Shown here: one piece after another, positions 21,556 to 31,697 of the stretch
Layout: every line of letters begins with the position of its first letter
Position numbering within the stretch: the stretch's first letter is position 1
Source: an uncultured Pelagibacteraceae bacterium
GTDB taxonomy: Bacteria; Pseudomonadota; Alphaproteobacteria; Pelagibacterales; Pelagibacteraceae
NCBI GenBank assembly: GCA_902620525.1
Contig: CACNIK010000006.1
Coordinates: forward strand, 13 to 64,012
Direction: 5' to 3'
Length of the DNA stretch: 64,000 bases
Position numbers and translations under genes: made by a program
Notes under the pieces: generated by a model
Databases searched by the model: none
What the model saw: the letters and a program-made list of their open reading frames with translations, nothing else
Told to the model about the DNA's origin: nothing

Positions 21556-22950
21556 ATGAAAAATAAATTAATCAAACATGAAAATAATTTTGTTTCTGAA
21601 GAGGAAAAAACAATTAATTGGTCTGATTTACAATCTGAATTTAAAAAGAACTTTGGTGATGAAATCTATAATAGTTGGTTGAAAAATGTTATTCTTGTAA
21701 AAGAGTTTAACGACTACTTAATATTAGGAGTTCCTACAAGATTTTTTAGAGATTGGATTGTATCAAGATACTTAGACAAAATTTTAGAAATAGTTAAAAA
21801 CTTTAAATTGAGTTTAAGTAGAATTGAATTTAAAATTATTGAAGATCCAAAAAATAATAAAAGTGATGAAATTAAATTTGAGGATTTTAACAAAGTTACT
21901 GAAATAAAAGACTCAATACTGAATTATAATAGACTAAATCCAAATTTAAATTTTGAAAATTTTATAAAAGGGACTAGTAATGAAGTGGCATTATCTTATT
22001 CTAAAAAAGTATGTGAACACACATCCAGATATAATCCTTTATATATATATGGAGGTGTCGGATTAGGCAAAACCCACTTATTAAATGCAATAGGATTAGA
22101 GCTTCAATCTTCTAAAGAAGTTATGTTTATCTCTGCTGAAAGATTTATGTACCATTTTATTAAATCAATAAAAAAAAATGACATGGTTAACTTTAAAGAT
22201 TTTTTTAGGAAATCGTCAGTTTTTATAATAGATGATATACAGTTCATAAGAGGAAAGGAGAGCCTACAGGAAGAATTTTTTCACACATTCAATAGCCTTT
22301 TAGAGCAAGGTGCTCAGATTATTATTTCTGCTGACAGACCCCCATTAAAGCTTGATAGAGTTCAGGAAAGAATTAAATCCAGACTTTCAGGTGGTTTGAT
22401 AATTGATATTGATGTTCCCGATTTAGAGCTTAAAAAAAATATTATCATTAATAGAATCAATCATATCCAAAATCAATTTAAAGAGCATATAAATATATCT
22501 GAGGAAGTAGTAAATTTTATCGCATTTGAAGCTAAAACCAATATCAGAGAATTAATAGGGGTTTTAAACAGAGTGATCGCATTCAGCCGACTTCACAAAA
22601 GGGTTTTAAATATTATTGACTGTAAAAATATTCTAAAAGATGTTTTTAATCAAGCAAAGATAGTTACCGTAGATAAAATACAAAATACAGTGTCAAATTA
22701 TTTCAATATATCATTAAACGATATGTTGTCTCAAAGAAGATCAAGACCACTTGCTAGACCAAGACAAATTGCAATGTACCTTGCTAAAAAATTAACTACC
22801 AGATCATTGCCTGAAATTGGAAGAAGGTTTGCAAACAGAGATCATACAACTGTTATTCACGCAGTTAAAACTATAACAAAACTGTCTGAGAAGGACGAGG
22901 AAATGAAAAAAAATCTAGTCCATATTAAAAGTCTCTTATTAGAAAATTAA
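21556..22950 (+). CDS. dnaA: Chromosomal replication initiator DnaA
   Basis: ORF opens at a TTG at 21550, first ATG at 21556; AAA+ Walker A GGVGLGKTHL, box VII, C-terminal DNA-binding signature IGRRFANRDHTTVIHA. Confidence 0.97.
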   Translation: MKNKLIKHENNFVSEEEKTINWSDLQSEFKKNFGDEIYNSWLKNVILVKEFNDYLILGVPTRFFRDWIVSRYLDKILEIVKNFKLSLSRIEFKIIEDPKNNKSDEIKFEDFNKVTEIKDSILNYNRLNPNLNFENFIKGTSNEVALSYSKKVCEHTSRYNPLYIYGGVGLGKTHLLNAIGLELQSSKEVMFISAERFMYHFIKSIKKNDMVNFKDFFRKSSVFIIDDIQFIRGKESLQEEFFHTFNSLLEQGAQIIISADRPPLKLDRVQERIKSRLSGGLIIDIDVPDLELKKNIIINRINHIQNQFKEHINISEEVVNFIAFEAKTNIRELIGVLNRVIAFSRLHKRVLNIIDCKNILKDVFNQAKIVTVDKIQNTVSNYFNISLNDMLSQRRSRPLARPRQIAMYLAKKLTTRSLPEIGRRFANRDHTTVIHAVKTITKLSEKDEEMKKNLVHIKSLLLEN

Positions 22951-22955
22951 AACTG

Positions 22956-24071
22956 ATGCAATTTAATATTAATAGAGACTTACTACTCAAATCACTAAAT
23001 TTTGTTCAAGGAGTAGTAGAAAAAAAAAACACACTACCTATCCTATCTAATGTGTTGATTAATTTGAAAAATAATAAGTTGGGGATAGTCGCTACGGATT
23101 TGGATATTGTTTTTTATGACGAAATATCAGATTTAAAGGTTATAGAAGAAGGTAGCACAACAACCTCTGCGAACGTCTTATTTGATATATTAAGAAAAAT
23201 TCCGACTGGGACAGAAATTAATTTTACATTAAAAGGTGAAAATAAATTAAGTTTGAAATCAAAAAATTCTGATTTTAACTTATTATGTTTACCTACAAGT
23301 AATTTCCCAACTTTTGATGATAAATTTGAAATTGAAAAAATAGAAATAGAAAAAAAAAGATTTCTTTCTTTACTTAATAAAACTAAAATTTCTATTTCAA
23401 ATGATGATACAAGACATTATTTGAATGGAGTGTATCTTCATGCAACAGAGTCCAATAAAAATACTTTTTTAACAGGAGTCGCAACCGATAGTCATAGGCT
23501 TTCCTCAAGTAGTATAGCAGTTAGTAATATCAAAAGCTTTACATCAATAATTATCCCACGTAAAACTGTTTTTCAGCTATGTTCGCTTTTAGATAATGTA
23601 GACGAAAAGTTATTCATACAAACAAGTTCTAACAAAATCAAATTTTCATTAGGAAAAATAAATTTAATATCAAAAGTAATTGATGGTAAATTTCCTGACT
23701 ATCAAAAGGTAGTACCTAAAGAAAATACAAAAACCTTAACTGTTTCATCCAAAGATTTCATCAGTTCGGTTGAAAGGGTTGCATCTGTTTCAATCGATAG
23801 AAAAGAAGGTGTTAAACTAGAATTAAGCAAAGATAAACTTAAATTATCTGTAAATAGCACTAATTCTGGTGATGGAAATGAAATTGTAGCTGCAAAATAT
23901 GATGGAGAAGACTTAGCTATAGGCTTTAACTCAAAATATTTAATTGATATTGCATCTGAAATTGAAGATAAAAATTTAACATTTAGTCTTAAAAACTCAA
24001 CCTCACCAGTTTTAGTGTTTGATAACTCAGATAAAAACAGTTTTTATGTCATAATGCCGATGAAAATTTAA
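22956..24071 (+). CDS. dnaN: DNA polymerase III beta sliding clamp
   Basis: 371 aa; three-domain length, TLPILSNVLI and C-terminal YVIMPMKI patterns; follows dnaA. Confidence 0.95.
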   Translation: MQFNINRDLLLKSLNFVQGVVEKKNTLPILSNVLINLKNNKLGIVATDLDIVFYDEISDLKVIEEGSTTTSANVLFDILRKIPTGTEINFTLKGENKLSLKSKNSDFNLLCLPTSNFPTFDDKFEIEKIEIEKKRFLSLLNKTKISISNDDTRHYLNGVYLHATESNKNTFLTGVATDSHRLSSSSIAVSNIKSFTSIIIPRKTVFQLCSLLDNVDEKLFIQTSSNKIKFSLGKINLISKVIDGKFPDYQKVVPKENTKTLTVSSKDFISSVERVASVSIDRKEGVKLELSKDKLKLSVNSTNSGDGNEIVAAKYDGEDLAIGFNSKYLIDIASEIEDKNLTFSLKNSTSPVLVFDNSDKNSFYVIMPMKI

Positions 24072-24205
24072 ATGACAAATTTCACCTTTTTTATTTAAAA
24101 AATCATCTAAAACCCTTGGTAATTCATACTTATAGAAGGCTGTGCCGTCAGTTGATTGTATATTGCTGACAAAAAATGATATAAAATTACAATTTTAAAA
24201 ATTAC

Positions 24206-26275
24206 ATGTCAAAACAATCTCTATTAAATCAAAAAAACGATTACAGCGCTTCATCAATAAAAGTTCTTAAGGGTTTAGATGCAGTAAGAAAAAGACCTGG
24301 AATGTACATTGGTGATACAGATGATGGCACTGGTTTGCATCATATGGTCTTTGAGGTTCTTGACAACTCAATAGACGAGGCTCTAGGAGGACATTGTAAA
24401 AATATTTCTGTTTTTATAAACCCTAACAATACTATTACAGTCGAAGATGATGGGAGGGGGATACCTATTGATATGCATAAAAGTGAAAAGATGTCTGCCG
24501 CAGAAGTTATTATGACCCAACTTCATGCTGGAGGAAAATTTGACCATGATTCATATAAAGTTTCTGGTGGACTACATGGTGTAGGTGTGTCTGTAGTTAA
24601 CGCACTTTCTGAAAAACTTGAGTTAAGAATCTTTAGAGATGGGAATGAATATTTTATAGAGTTTGAAAATGGCAAATCATTAAAACCATTAAAAAAAATT
24701 GGCAAATCTTCAAAGCGAGGAACAAATATTACTTTTTTGCCATCTAAAGAAATATTCTCATCAATAAAATTTAGCTCATCTATATTACAAAAAAGAATGA
24801 GAGAACTTGCATTTTTAAATAAAGGGATAAGCTTAACATTAATTGATAAAACATCCTCAAAACCAAAAAAATATGAAAACAAATTTGATGGAGGTATCTT
24901 AGAGTTTGTTCAATTTATTAATAAGAAAAAGCCTATTTTATCTAACAAAAACGAAAAAGCGGTTTTTAAAAAACCAATATACATATCTGCAAATAAAGAT
25001 GATGTGAACGTAGAATGTTCTTTAGAATGGAATGCAGGGTATTCTGAAGAGGTAATGGCTTTTACAAATAATATTCATCAAAAAGATGGTGGAACTCATT
25101 TATTAGGTTTTAGAAGTGCATTAACAAGAGTAATTAATAAATATTCAAATGAACATAATAAGAAAAATAAATTATCGTTAACTGGTGAAGATATAAAAGA
25201 GGGATTAACAGTAGTTCTTTCAGTAAAAATGCCTGACCCTAAGTTTTCTTCTCAGACTAAAGATAAATTAGTTTCATCAGAAATTCGTCTTATTGTTGAG
25301 AGTATAATAAATGATAAAATTTCAATGTGGTTCGATCAAAACCCATCAATTATTAGAAATGTTCTAGAGAAAATTGTTCAAGCTGCTGTAGCAAGAGATG
25401 TAGCTAGAAAAGCTAGAGACAATGTTAGAAGAAAAGGAAGTTTTGAAATAACAGGGTTGCCAGGCAAACTTGCTGATTGTCAAATTTCTAAAAAAGAGGG
25501 AACAGAGCTCTACATTGTTGAGGGTGACTCTGCAGGAGGTTCAGCAAAACAAGGAAGAAATAGAGAGTTTCAAGCTGTTTTGCCTTTAAGAGGAAAAATA
25601 CTTAATACTTATGTAAATACTAATGGTAGAAATGCTGGAAAAACTGCTGAGAATGAAACCAAGGCGCTTTCTAAAATGATGTCATCAAGTGAAATAGTAA
25701 CATTAATTAATGCTTTAGGGACAGGCTCAAAAGATTTTGATATTAATAATTTAAGATATGACAAAATTATAATTATGACCGACGCCGATGTAGATGGTTC
25801 CCACATTAGAACTTTACTTTTAACTTTTTTTAATAATTACCCATTTAATCAATTAATAGAAAATGGACATTTATATTTGGCTCAACCTCCTTTGTTTAAG
25901 ATTTCTAAGAGTAATAAAAGTTTTTATATGAAAGATGAAAAAGATTTAGAAAATTATATTTTAAAAAATTCTAGTAGTAAGGAAAAAAAAGGAAAATTAT
26001 CAACCAAAGAGATAAATAAAGTTTTAGAGCAAGAGAAGCAAAAATTTACAATTCAAAGATTTAAGGGTCTTGGTGAAATGAATCCCGAAGAGCTATGGCA
26101 AACTACTTTAAACCCAGATAATAGAAATTTACTAAGAGTACAATATTCAAACGGAACTAAAGAAAAATCTAAAGAGGACCAAAAAATAATAAGTATATTG
26201 ATGGGTGACGAAGTTGCCCCTAGAAGAGAATTTATTACTAGCAACGCATTGGATGTAGCTAATTTAGATATTTAA
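24206..26275 (+). CDS. gyrB: DNA gyrase subunit B
   Basis: 689 aa; GHKL ATPase HHMVFEVLDNSIDEA, Toprim ELYIVEGDSAGGSAKQGR, PLRGKILN, IMTDADVDGSHI. Confidence 0.97.
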   Translation: MSKQSLLNQKNDYSASSIKVLKGLDAVRKRPGMYIGDTDDGTGLHHMVFEVLDNSIDEALGGHCKNISVFINPNNTITVEDDGRGIPIDMHKSEKMSAAEVIMTQLHAGGKFDHDSYKVSGGLHGVGVSVVNALSEKLELRIFRDGNEYFIEFENGKSLKPLKKIGKSSKRGTNITFLPSKEIFSSIKFSSSILQKRMRELAFLNKGISLTLIDKTSSKPKKYENKFDGGILEFVQFINKKKPILSNKNEKAVFKKPIYISANKDDVNVECSLEWNAGYSEEVMAFTNNIHQKDGGTHLLGFRSALTRVINKYSNEHNKKNKLSLTGEDIKEGLTVVLSVKMPDPKFSSQTKDKLVSSEIRLIVESIINDKISMWFDQNPSIIRNVLEKIVQAAVARDVARKARDNVRRKGSFEITGLPGKLADCQISKKEGTELYIVEGDSAGGSAKQGRNREFQAVLPLRGKILNTYVNTNGRNAGKTAENETKALSKMMSSSEIVTLINALGTGSKDFDINNLRYDKIIIMTDADVDGSHIRTLLLTFFNNYPFNQLIENGHLYLAQPPLFKISKSNKSFYMKDEKDLENYILKNSSSKEKKGKLSTKEINKVLEQEKQKFTIQRFKGLGEMNPEELWQTTLNPDNRNLLRVQYSNGTKEKSKEDQKIISILMGDEVAPRREFITSNALDVANLDI

Positions 26276-26280
26276 ACCCC

Positions 26281-27564
26281 ATGGATTTTGCTACTATTTT
26301 CAGGTTAGAAGAAAACCTTAATTTAGATAAAAAAACGCTGGTCTTTTTAAGGTGGATTGCTATTTTTGGTCAACTTTTTTCAGTCAATTTAGTATATTTT
26401 TTTTTAGATTTAGAATTCCCAGTTTTACTCTGTCATATAGCTATTGCTATAGGCCTATTTACAAACATTTACTTACAATTTGGCTTAAAAGCAAATTTAC
26501 TTAAAGATTTATACTCCTGCTCTTTTCTAATGTACGATATTATTCAGTTAAGTATTTTATTGTTTTTAACCGGAGGTATTTTTAATCCATTTGCAATTTT
26601 ATTAATTGTTCCAACAATTGTATCATCTACTTTTTTAAGCATGGGAAGTACAATTATACTTGGCACTTCAACGATAATATTACTTTTTGTCCTTACATTT
26701 TTTAATTTGCCTTTACCGGGAATGGAAGAATATGTGCTTTCATTTCCCAATTATTATGTTACTGGAATTTTAATCTCCTTAATAATTGGTTTAATATTTT
26801 TAAGTTATTTTGGTATACGATTTGCTGGTGAAACAAAAAAAAGATCAGATGCCCTAAATAAACTCCAGCAAATATTAGCTAAGGAATACGAATTAGAGTC
26901 ATTAGGTGGACAAGCGGCTGCAGCGGCTCATTCGCTTGGTACACCATTAGCAACAATATCGGTAGTTTCCAAGGAGATGAGAAAAGAGGTCGGAGATGAT
27001 TCAAAACTTACTAAAGACCTAGATTTATTAATAAGTCAGACTAAAAGATGTAGTGATATTTTGAAAAAAATTTCACAAAAAAAAATTATTAGCGATGAGT
27101 TCCTAAGCTCTATGAGCTTTGAAGATCTACTAGAGGAAATTATAAAATCTTTTAAAGAGTCCTCTGAAAAAAAAATTCAATTAAACACTGATCGAGATAC
27201 AAATAAAATAGATATAAAAAGAAATCCAGAGCTTGTTTACGGCTTAAGGAATTTTATCGGTAATGCGGTAAAATTTGCTAATAATAATATTATTATATCC
27301 ATAGTTAGCGATAGTATTAATTTATACATTTTAATTGAGGACGATGGCCCGGGCTTTCCAGACGATATTATTGAAGCTCTCGGTGAACCATATATTAAAT
27401 CCAAATCAAAATTATCAAAAAACAATGCAGGATTAGGATTGGGTACTTTTTTAGGTAAGACTCTATTGGAGAGGCAATCAGCAATTATATCTTTTGAAAA
27501 TAGAAGTGCTTTAAGTGGAGCAAAAGTTAAAATAAAGTGGAGTGTAAACGATTTATCTACTTAG
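26281..27564 (+). CDS. regB: Redox-sensing histidine kinase RegB/PrrB/ActS family
   Basis: 427 aa; six TM segments containing GGIFNPF (GGxxNPF quinone box), H-box AAAAHSLGTPLATI, conserved Cys in KRCSDIL, HATPase DDGPGFP / GLGLGTFL. Confidence 0.85.
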   Translation: MDFATIFRLEENLNLDKKTLVFLRWIAIFGQLFSVNLVYFFLDLEFPVLLCHIAIAIGLFTNIYLQFGLKANLLKDLYSCSFLMYDIIQLSILLFLTGGIFNPFAILLIVPTIVSSTFLSMGSTIILGTSTIILLFVLTFFNLPLPGMEEYVLSFPNYYVTGILISLIIGLIFLSYFGIRFAGETKKRSDALNKLQQILAKEYELESLGGQAAAAAHSLGTPLATISVVSKEMRKEVGDDSKLTKDLDLLISQTKRCSDILKKISQKKIISDEFLSSMSFEDLLEEIIKSFKESSEKKIQLNTDRDTNKIDIKRNPELVYGLRNFIGNAVKFANNNIIISIVSDSINLYILIEDDGPGFPDDIIEALGEPYIKSKSKLSKNNAGLGLGTFLGKTLLERQSAIISFENRSALSGAKVKIKWSVNDLST

Positions 27565-28603
27565 GTTCTTGTTGGGTTATACAATGTATAGCACCAAATC
27601 CCCAAATAAGAATTGAACAATCAATAGGTATGATTTTTCTATTTTTAAAATGTTTTTTAAAAATTTTTAATACTAATTTGTCATTTTTATCTTTAAATGT
27701 TGGAACCAATACAATTTTATTTGCTATATAAAAATTAAGATATGATGCGGGAACCCTAGTTCCCTCAATATATTTTGCCTTTGGCATAGGTATTTTGATA
27801 ATTTCAAATTTTCTGAACTTATTTAATTTTTTTATAATTTTAAAATTATTTCTTAATATTTTATAATTTATGTCTTTCTTATCTCTTTCATAAGCTAAAA
27901 ATATTTTACTTTCAGAAACAAATCTGGCTAGATCGTCTATATGACCATGTGTATCGTCACCAATAATTCCTTTTTTAAGCCATAAAACTTTTTTTACTCC
28001 AAAATAATCATAAAATAGTTTTTCATAATCATGCTTTTTTAACCCTGGATTTCTTTGTTGAACTCTACTAAGAAGACATTCTTCAGTTGTTATTAGAACT
28101 CCTTTGCCATTTACATCAATCGCACCTCCCTCTAAAACAACTTTCTTTTTATATAATTTTGGTGAAATTGAATTGAGTTTTAAAATTTTTTTAATCTTGA
28201 TAATAATATTATTATCTTTTTTAAAGTTTTTATATTTTGCCCAAGAATTAAAATTCCAATTTATTAAAATTTTTTTGTTTTTATTATTTTTTACAAAAAT
28301 AGGAAATGAATCTCTTACCCAAACTCTGTCAGTTTTGCATAATGTAAATTTAATGTTAGAAAAGTTAACTTTAAATTTTTTTAAAACCAATGTTGCCTTT
28401 TTTTTTAGTAAACTATTTTGGATAAGAATGTTGACAGTTTGGACTTTAGAAATATAAAAAATTATTTCAGCAAACACTTCTGGAATATGATCAAATTTAC
28501 TTGGCCAATCTTTTTTATTATGGGGCCAAGCTATCCAAGTTGACTTTTGTTTCTCCCATTCAGCTGGCATTAATAAATCTTCAGAATTAGAAAATTTAGT
28601 CAT
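27557..28603 (-). CDS. aguA: Agmatine deiminase
   Basis: ORF opens at 28639 but would overlap aguB. ATG 28603 (MTKFSNSEDLLMPAEWEKQ) lies 4 nt after the aguB stop. PAEWE, WIAWPH, and the C-terminal catalytic Cys in GAIHCITQQEP are present. Confidence 0.9.
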   Translation of the reverse strand: MTKFSNSEDLLMPAEWEKQKSTWIAWPHNKKDWPSKFDHIPEVFAEIIFYISKVQTVNILIQNSLLKKKATLVLKKFKVNFSNIKFTLCKTDRVWVRDSFPIFVKNNKNKKILINWNFNSWAKYKNFKKDNNIIIKIKKILKLNSISPKLYKKKVVLEGGAIDVNGKGVLITTEECLLSRVQQRNPGLKKHDYEKLFYDYFGVKKVLWLKKGIIGDDTHGHIDDLARFVSESKIFLAYERDKKDINYKILRNNFKIIKKLNKFRKFEIIKIPMPKAKYIEGTRVPASYLNFYIANKIVLVPTFKDKNDKLVLKIFKKHFKNRKIIPIDCSILIWGFGAIHCITQQEPK

Positions 28604-29471
28604 CTCTTGGATTTTTAAGAATGTCCTTATAAGAGTCAATTCTTCTGTCTCTAAAAAAGGGCCAATGTCTTCTGATAGTATCTATTTTTTTTAAATCAAT
28701 ATCACAAACTAAAACTTGTTCACTTAAATTCCCTTTTTTAATAATTTTTCCATTAGGATCGAATACCACACTATTTCCCCAAAATTCTAATTTTTTACTA
28801 TCTTGCTTTTCAATACCTACTCTATTTATAGCTGCAACATAAACACCATTTGCTATCGCGTGGGATCTTTGAACAGTCAACCAAGATTCTAGTTGTGATT
28901 TACCGAATTTTTTTTTCTCGCTCGGATGCCAACCTATTGCGGTTGGGTAGAACAATATTTCTGCACCTTTAAGAGCTGTTAATCTAGCTGCTTCTGGAAA
29001 CCATTGATCCCAACAAATGAGTGTTCCTAAATTTCCTTTTTTTGTTTTAAAAGATTTAAAGCCAAGATCCCCTGGAGTAAAATAAAATTTTTCATAATAC
29101 TGAGGGTCATCAGGTATATGCATTTTTCTATATTTTCCTAAAATTTTTCCGCTTTCATTTATGACAACACTTGTATTATGATAAATTCCTGAAGTTTTTT
29201 TTTCAAAAATTGAGAGAAGTAAAATTAAACTTAATTCTTTAGCTAACGAAGAAAAAATAGATGTAGTTGGTCCTGGAATGCTCTCAGCTAAGTTAAAATT
29301 AGAGTGCTTTTCAACTTGGCAAAAATAATTTGTTAAAAATAGTTCAGGTAAGCAAACTATATTAGCCCCCCTTTTTTTTGCAAAACGAATCTTTGCTATC
29401 GCACTTTTTATATTTTTCTCTTTATCAGATGACATTTTCATCTGTATTAACGCTAATCTTGTTTTTTCCAT
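28596..29471 (-). CDS. aguB: N-carbamoylputrescine amidase
   Basis: ORF opens at 29546; ATG 29471 (MEKTRLALIQM) lies 4 nt after the upstream stop; CN-hydrolase E-K-C triad contexts CLPELF, YRKMHIPD, LICWDQWFPE. Confidence 0.9.
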   Translation of the reverse strand: MEKTRLALIQMKMSSDKEKNIKSAIAKIRFAKKRGANIVCLPELFLTNYFCQVEKHSNFNLAESIPGPTTSIFSSLAKELSLILLLSIFEKKTSGIYHNTSVVINESGKILGKYRKMHIPDDPQYYEKFYFTPGDLGFKSFKTKKGNLGTLICWDQWFPEAARLTALKGAEILFYPTAIGWHPSEKKKFGKSQLESWLTVQRSHAIANGVYVAAINRVGIEKQDSKKLEFWGNSVVFDPNGKIIKKGNLSEQVLVCDIDLKKIDTIRRHWPFFRDRRIDSYKDILKNPRDD

Positions 29472-29475
29472 ATTA

Positions 29476-30519
29476 TTAAAATATTTTTTGAAAATTTCTT
29501 CTTTGTCTCTTCTTCCAATGTTGCCTATGAAAAGCATCACTAGCAATTAACGGCAAAACACTAGTCGCCTCGGCAAAAACCATTTGTTCCTTGGATACAT
29601 CAACTTTACCCCATGAACTTGCCTCTTTAAGAGTTGAACTACTACAAGCACCATCTCTCGTGTCAGCCACTGTTATTTGAACAGCATATTTATGCATATC
29701 AACTTTTTTACCTAACAGCTCAGCGCATACAACTGTGTCCTGTATAAAATTCTTTGGAACTCCACCTCCAATCATCAGTAAACCAGATTGTTTTGATCTA
29801 AGTTTAATTTCAGTTAATTCTCTAAATTCTCTTATAGAGTCAATCGTTAGGTGTTTTTTTGGATTTTGCTCCTGGTGCATCACCAATCCAAAACCTGCTG
29901 AACTATCTGTAAAAGCTGGGCAAAAAATTGGAACATTATTATCGTAGGCGATCTCAATTAAAGAGCCTTTTTTTTTCGAATTTTTTTTTAAATATTTTCC
30001 CATTTCATGTATAAATTCTCTTGAAGTATAGGTTCTAGGTTCTAAGGAATTTGCAATATCGCATATTTTTTGATCACATGCCTGCAACTCTTCTTCATCA
30101 ATATAAGTGTCATATATTCTATCAACGTAATTTTCCCTTAATTTAGTATCATCTTCAAACTGTGAACCTTGATAGTGCTTGAAGCCAAGGGCTTCAAAAA
30201 AGTCCATATCTACAATGGAAGCTCCTGTTGCGACAATAGCATCTACCATATTGTATTTAACTAAATCTGAATACAATTTCATACAACCACCAGCTGAGGT
30301 TGAGCCCGCTAATGTCAAAAAAATGGAACATGATTTATCTTCAATCATTTCATTAAATATTTTTGAAGCGTTAGCAGTATCTCTTGAAGTAAATGACATT
30401 TTACTCATTGACTCAATTATATCTCTAGCGTCAAACTTTGTGATGTCTATGTGCTCAACAGGTTTATCAAGAAAAGATTTTTTATTATGCCCTGCAGCAG
30501 GGCTATTCTTTTTATTCAT
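29476..30519 (-). CDS. Deoxyhypusine synthase-like protein (probable homospermidine synthase)
   Basis: 347 aa; DHS family NAD-binding elements (LAGSTSAGG, GGGVPKNF) and the C-terminal catalytic-Lys context EASSWGKV. Confidence 0.85.
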   Translation of the reverse strand: MNKKNSPAAGHNKKSFLDKPVEHIDITKFDARDIIESMSKMSFTSRDTANASKIFNEMIEDKSCSIFLTLAGSTSAGGCMKLYSDLVKYNMVDAIVATGASIVDMDFFEALGFKHYQGSQFEDDTKLRENYVDRIYDTYIDEEELQACDQKICDIANSLEPRTYTSREFIHEMGKYLKKNSKKKGSLIEIAYDNNVPIFCPAFTDSSAGFGLVMHQEQNPKKHLTIDSIREFRELTEIKLRSKQSGLLMIGGGVPKNFIQDTVVCAELLGKKVDMHKYAVQITVADTRDGACSSSTLKEASSWGKVDVSKEQMVFAEATSVLPLIASDAFHRQHWKKRQRRNFQKIF

Positions 30520-31697
30520 TAAGCTACTAAGTAATTAAATTTACCAGTATCATTGTATAATGACATAATAGGTTTGTCTTTTAGCTCAACAATAGTATCT
30601 GAATAAAAACCATTAAACTTAGTCCTAAAGGTTAGTCCATAAGCTCCTAATTGTCCAAGCTCAATATAGTCACCTTCTTTAATATTGTTAGGCAATAAAA
30701 AAGGTCCTTTCATATAATCTAGACTATCACATGTAGGACCGTAGAATTGAAAAGCAGTTATCTTTTTTGATTGAATTCTTCCATTGGTAATCAATCTTGT
30801 AGGTAATATAAAATTAGGCACGCCTGCATCAAATAGAGATCCATATGTTCCATCATTTATATATAATTTATCTTTTTTTCTCAGATTAACTCTTACTATA
30901 GTAGAACCACTCTCAGCCACTAAGGCTCTTCCAGGTTCACAAATTACTTCTGGCATTTTTTCAAGTTTCAAGTTTTTTAAACTTTGATTTATCTCATCAA
31001 AGTAATTTTCCAAGGGTTCAGGTTTTAAATCTGGATAAATAGAAGGAAAACCTCCACCAACATTAATAGTATCGGGAATAATTTTTGTTTTTCTTATAAT
31101 ATTTGAAATTTCTTTCAATCCTTTTGAAAAAGAGATTTTATGCATACACTGAGAGCCTACATGAAAGCTTACTCCTAATTTTTTTGCATGTTGTTTGCAA
31201 AGTCTTACTAGACCTAAAGCCTCACTTGTTAAAGCACCAAATTTTCTTGAGAGATCTAATTCTGCATGTTCATTAGAGACCGCAACTCTTACAAATAAAT
31301 TCAAATCTTTTGCATTTCTTGTAGAGTCTAAAATTTTCATTAATTCTTCCTTTGTGTCTAAAGAAAAATCTCTTACGTTATAATCAAAGTATGCTGACGC
31401 AATATCTTCTCTACTTTTAATAGGGTGCATAAAATACAACTTAGATTTAGGACCTAGTTTTCTAATAAGCTTTACTTCGTTAATTGATGCAACATCAAAT
31501 CTATCTATACCGTTTTTAATAACATGTTTAAGAACATATTCATTTGGATTAGTCTTTACAGCATATAATACTTTGCCGGGAAATTTATCCTTAAAGACCT
31601 TGATTGAATTTTTTATGGTATCTGGGCGTATACAGTATATTGGATTTACTGGTTTAAGTGTGTTAACTAATTCGTTAACGTTACTAAATTTTTCCAT
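30519..31697 (-). CDS. PLP-dependent ornithine/arginine/lysine decarboxylase (alanine-racemase fold, ODC-like)
   Basis: 392 aa; PLP-Lys LYAVKTNP, FHVGSQ, NVGGGFP, EPGRALVA, GPTCDSLD motifs of eukaryote-type ODC family; substrate not determinable from sequence alone. Confidence 0.85.
   Translation of the reverse strand: MEKFSNVNELVNTLKPVNPIYCIRPDTIKNSIKVFKDKFPGKVLYAVKTNPNEYVLKHVIKNGIDRFDVASINEVKLIRKLGPKSKLYFMHPIKSREDIASAYFDYNVRDFSLDTKEELMKILDSTRNAKDLNLFVRVAVSNEHAELDLSRKFGALTSEALGLVRLCKQHAKKLGVSFHVGSQCMHKISFSKGLKEISNIIRKTKIIPDTINVGGGFPSIYPDLKPEPLENYFDEINQSLKNLKLEKMPEVICEPGRALVAESGSTIVRVNLRKKDKLYINDGTYGSLFDAGVPNFILPTRLITNGRIQSKKITAFQFYGPTCDSLDYMKGPFLLPNNIKEGDYIELGQLGAYGLTFRTKFNGFYSDTIVELKDKPIMSLYNDTGKFNYLVA

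Noticed and set aside
28104-28457. 117-aa plus-strand ORF inside aguA. Similar antisense ORFs over 100 aa occur at 7837-8181, 24523-24882, 30179-30538, 39343-39660 and 48717-49064
   Set aside because: All lie fully within strongly supported conserved genes on the opposite strand. They have low-complexity, Phe/Ile/Leu/Ser-rich translations and no start-site context. Long antisense frames are expected opposite codon-biased genes.
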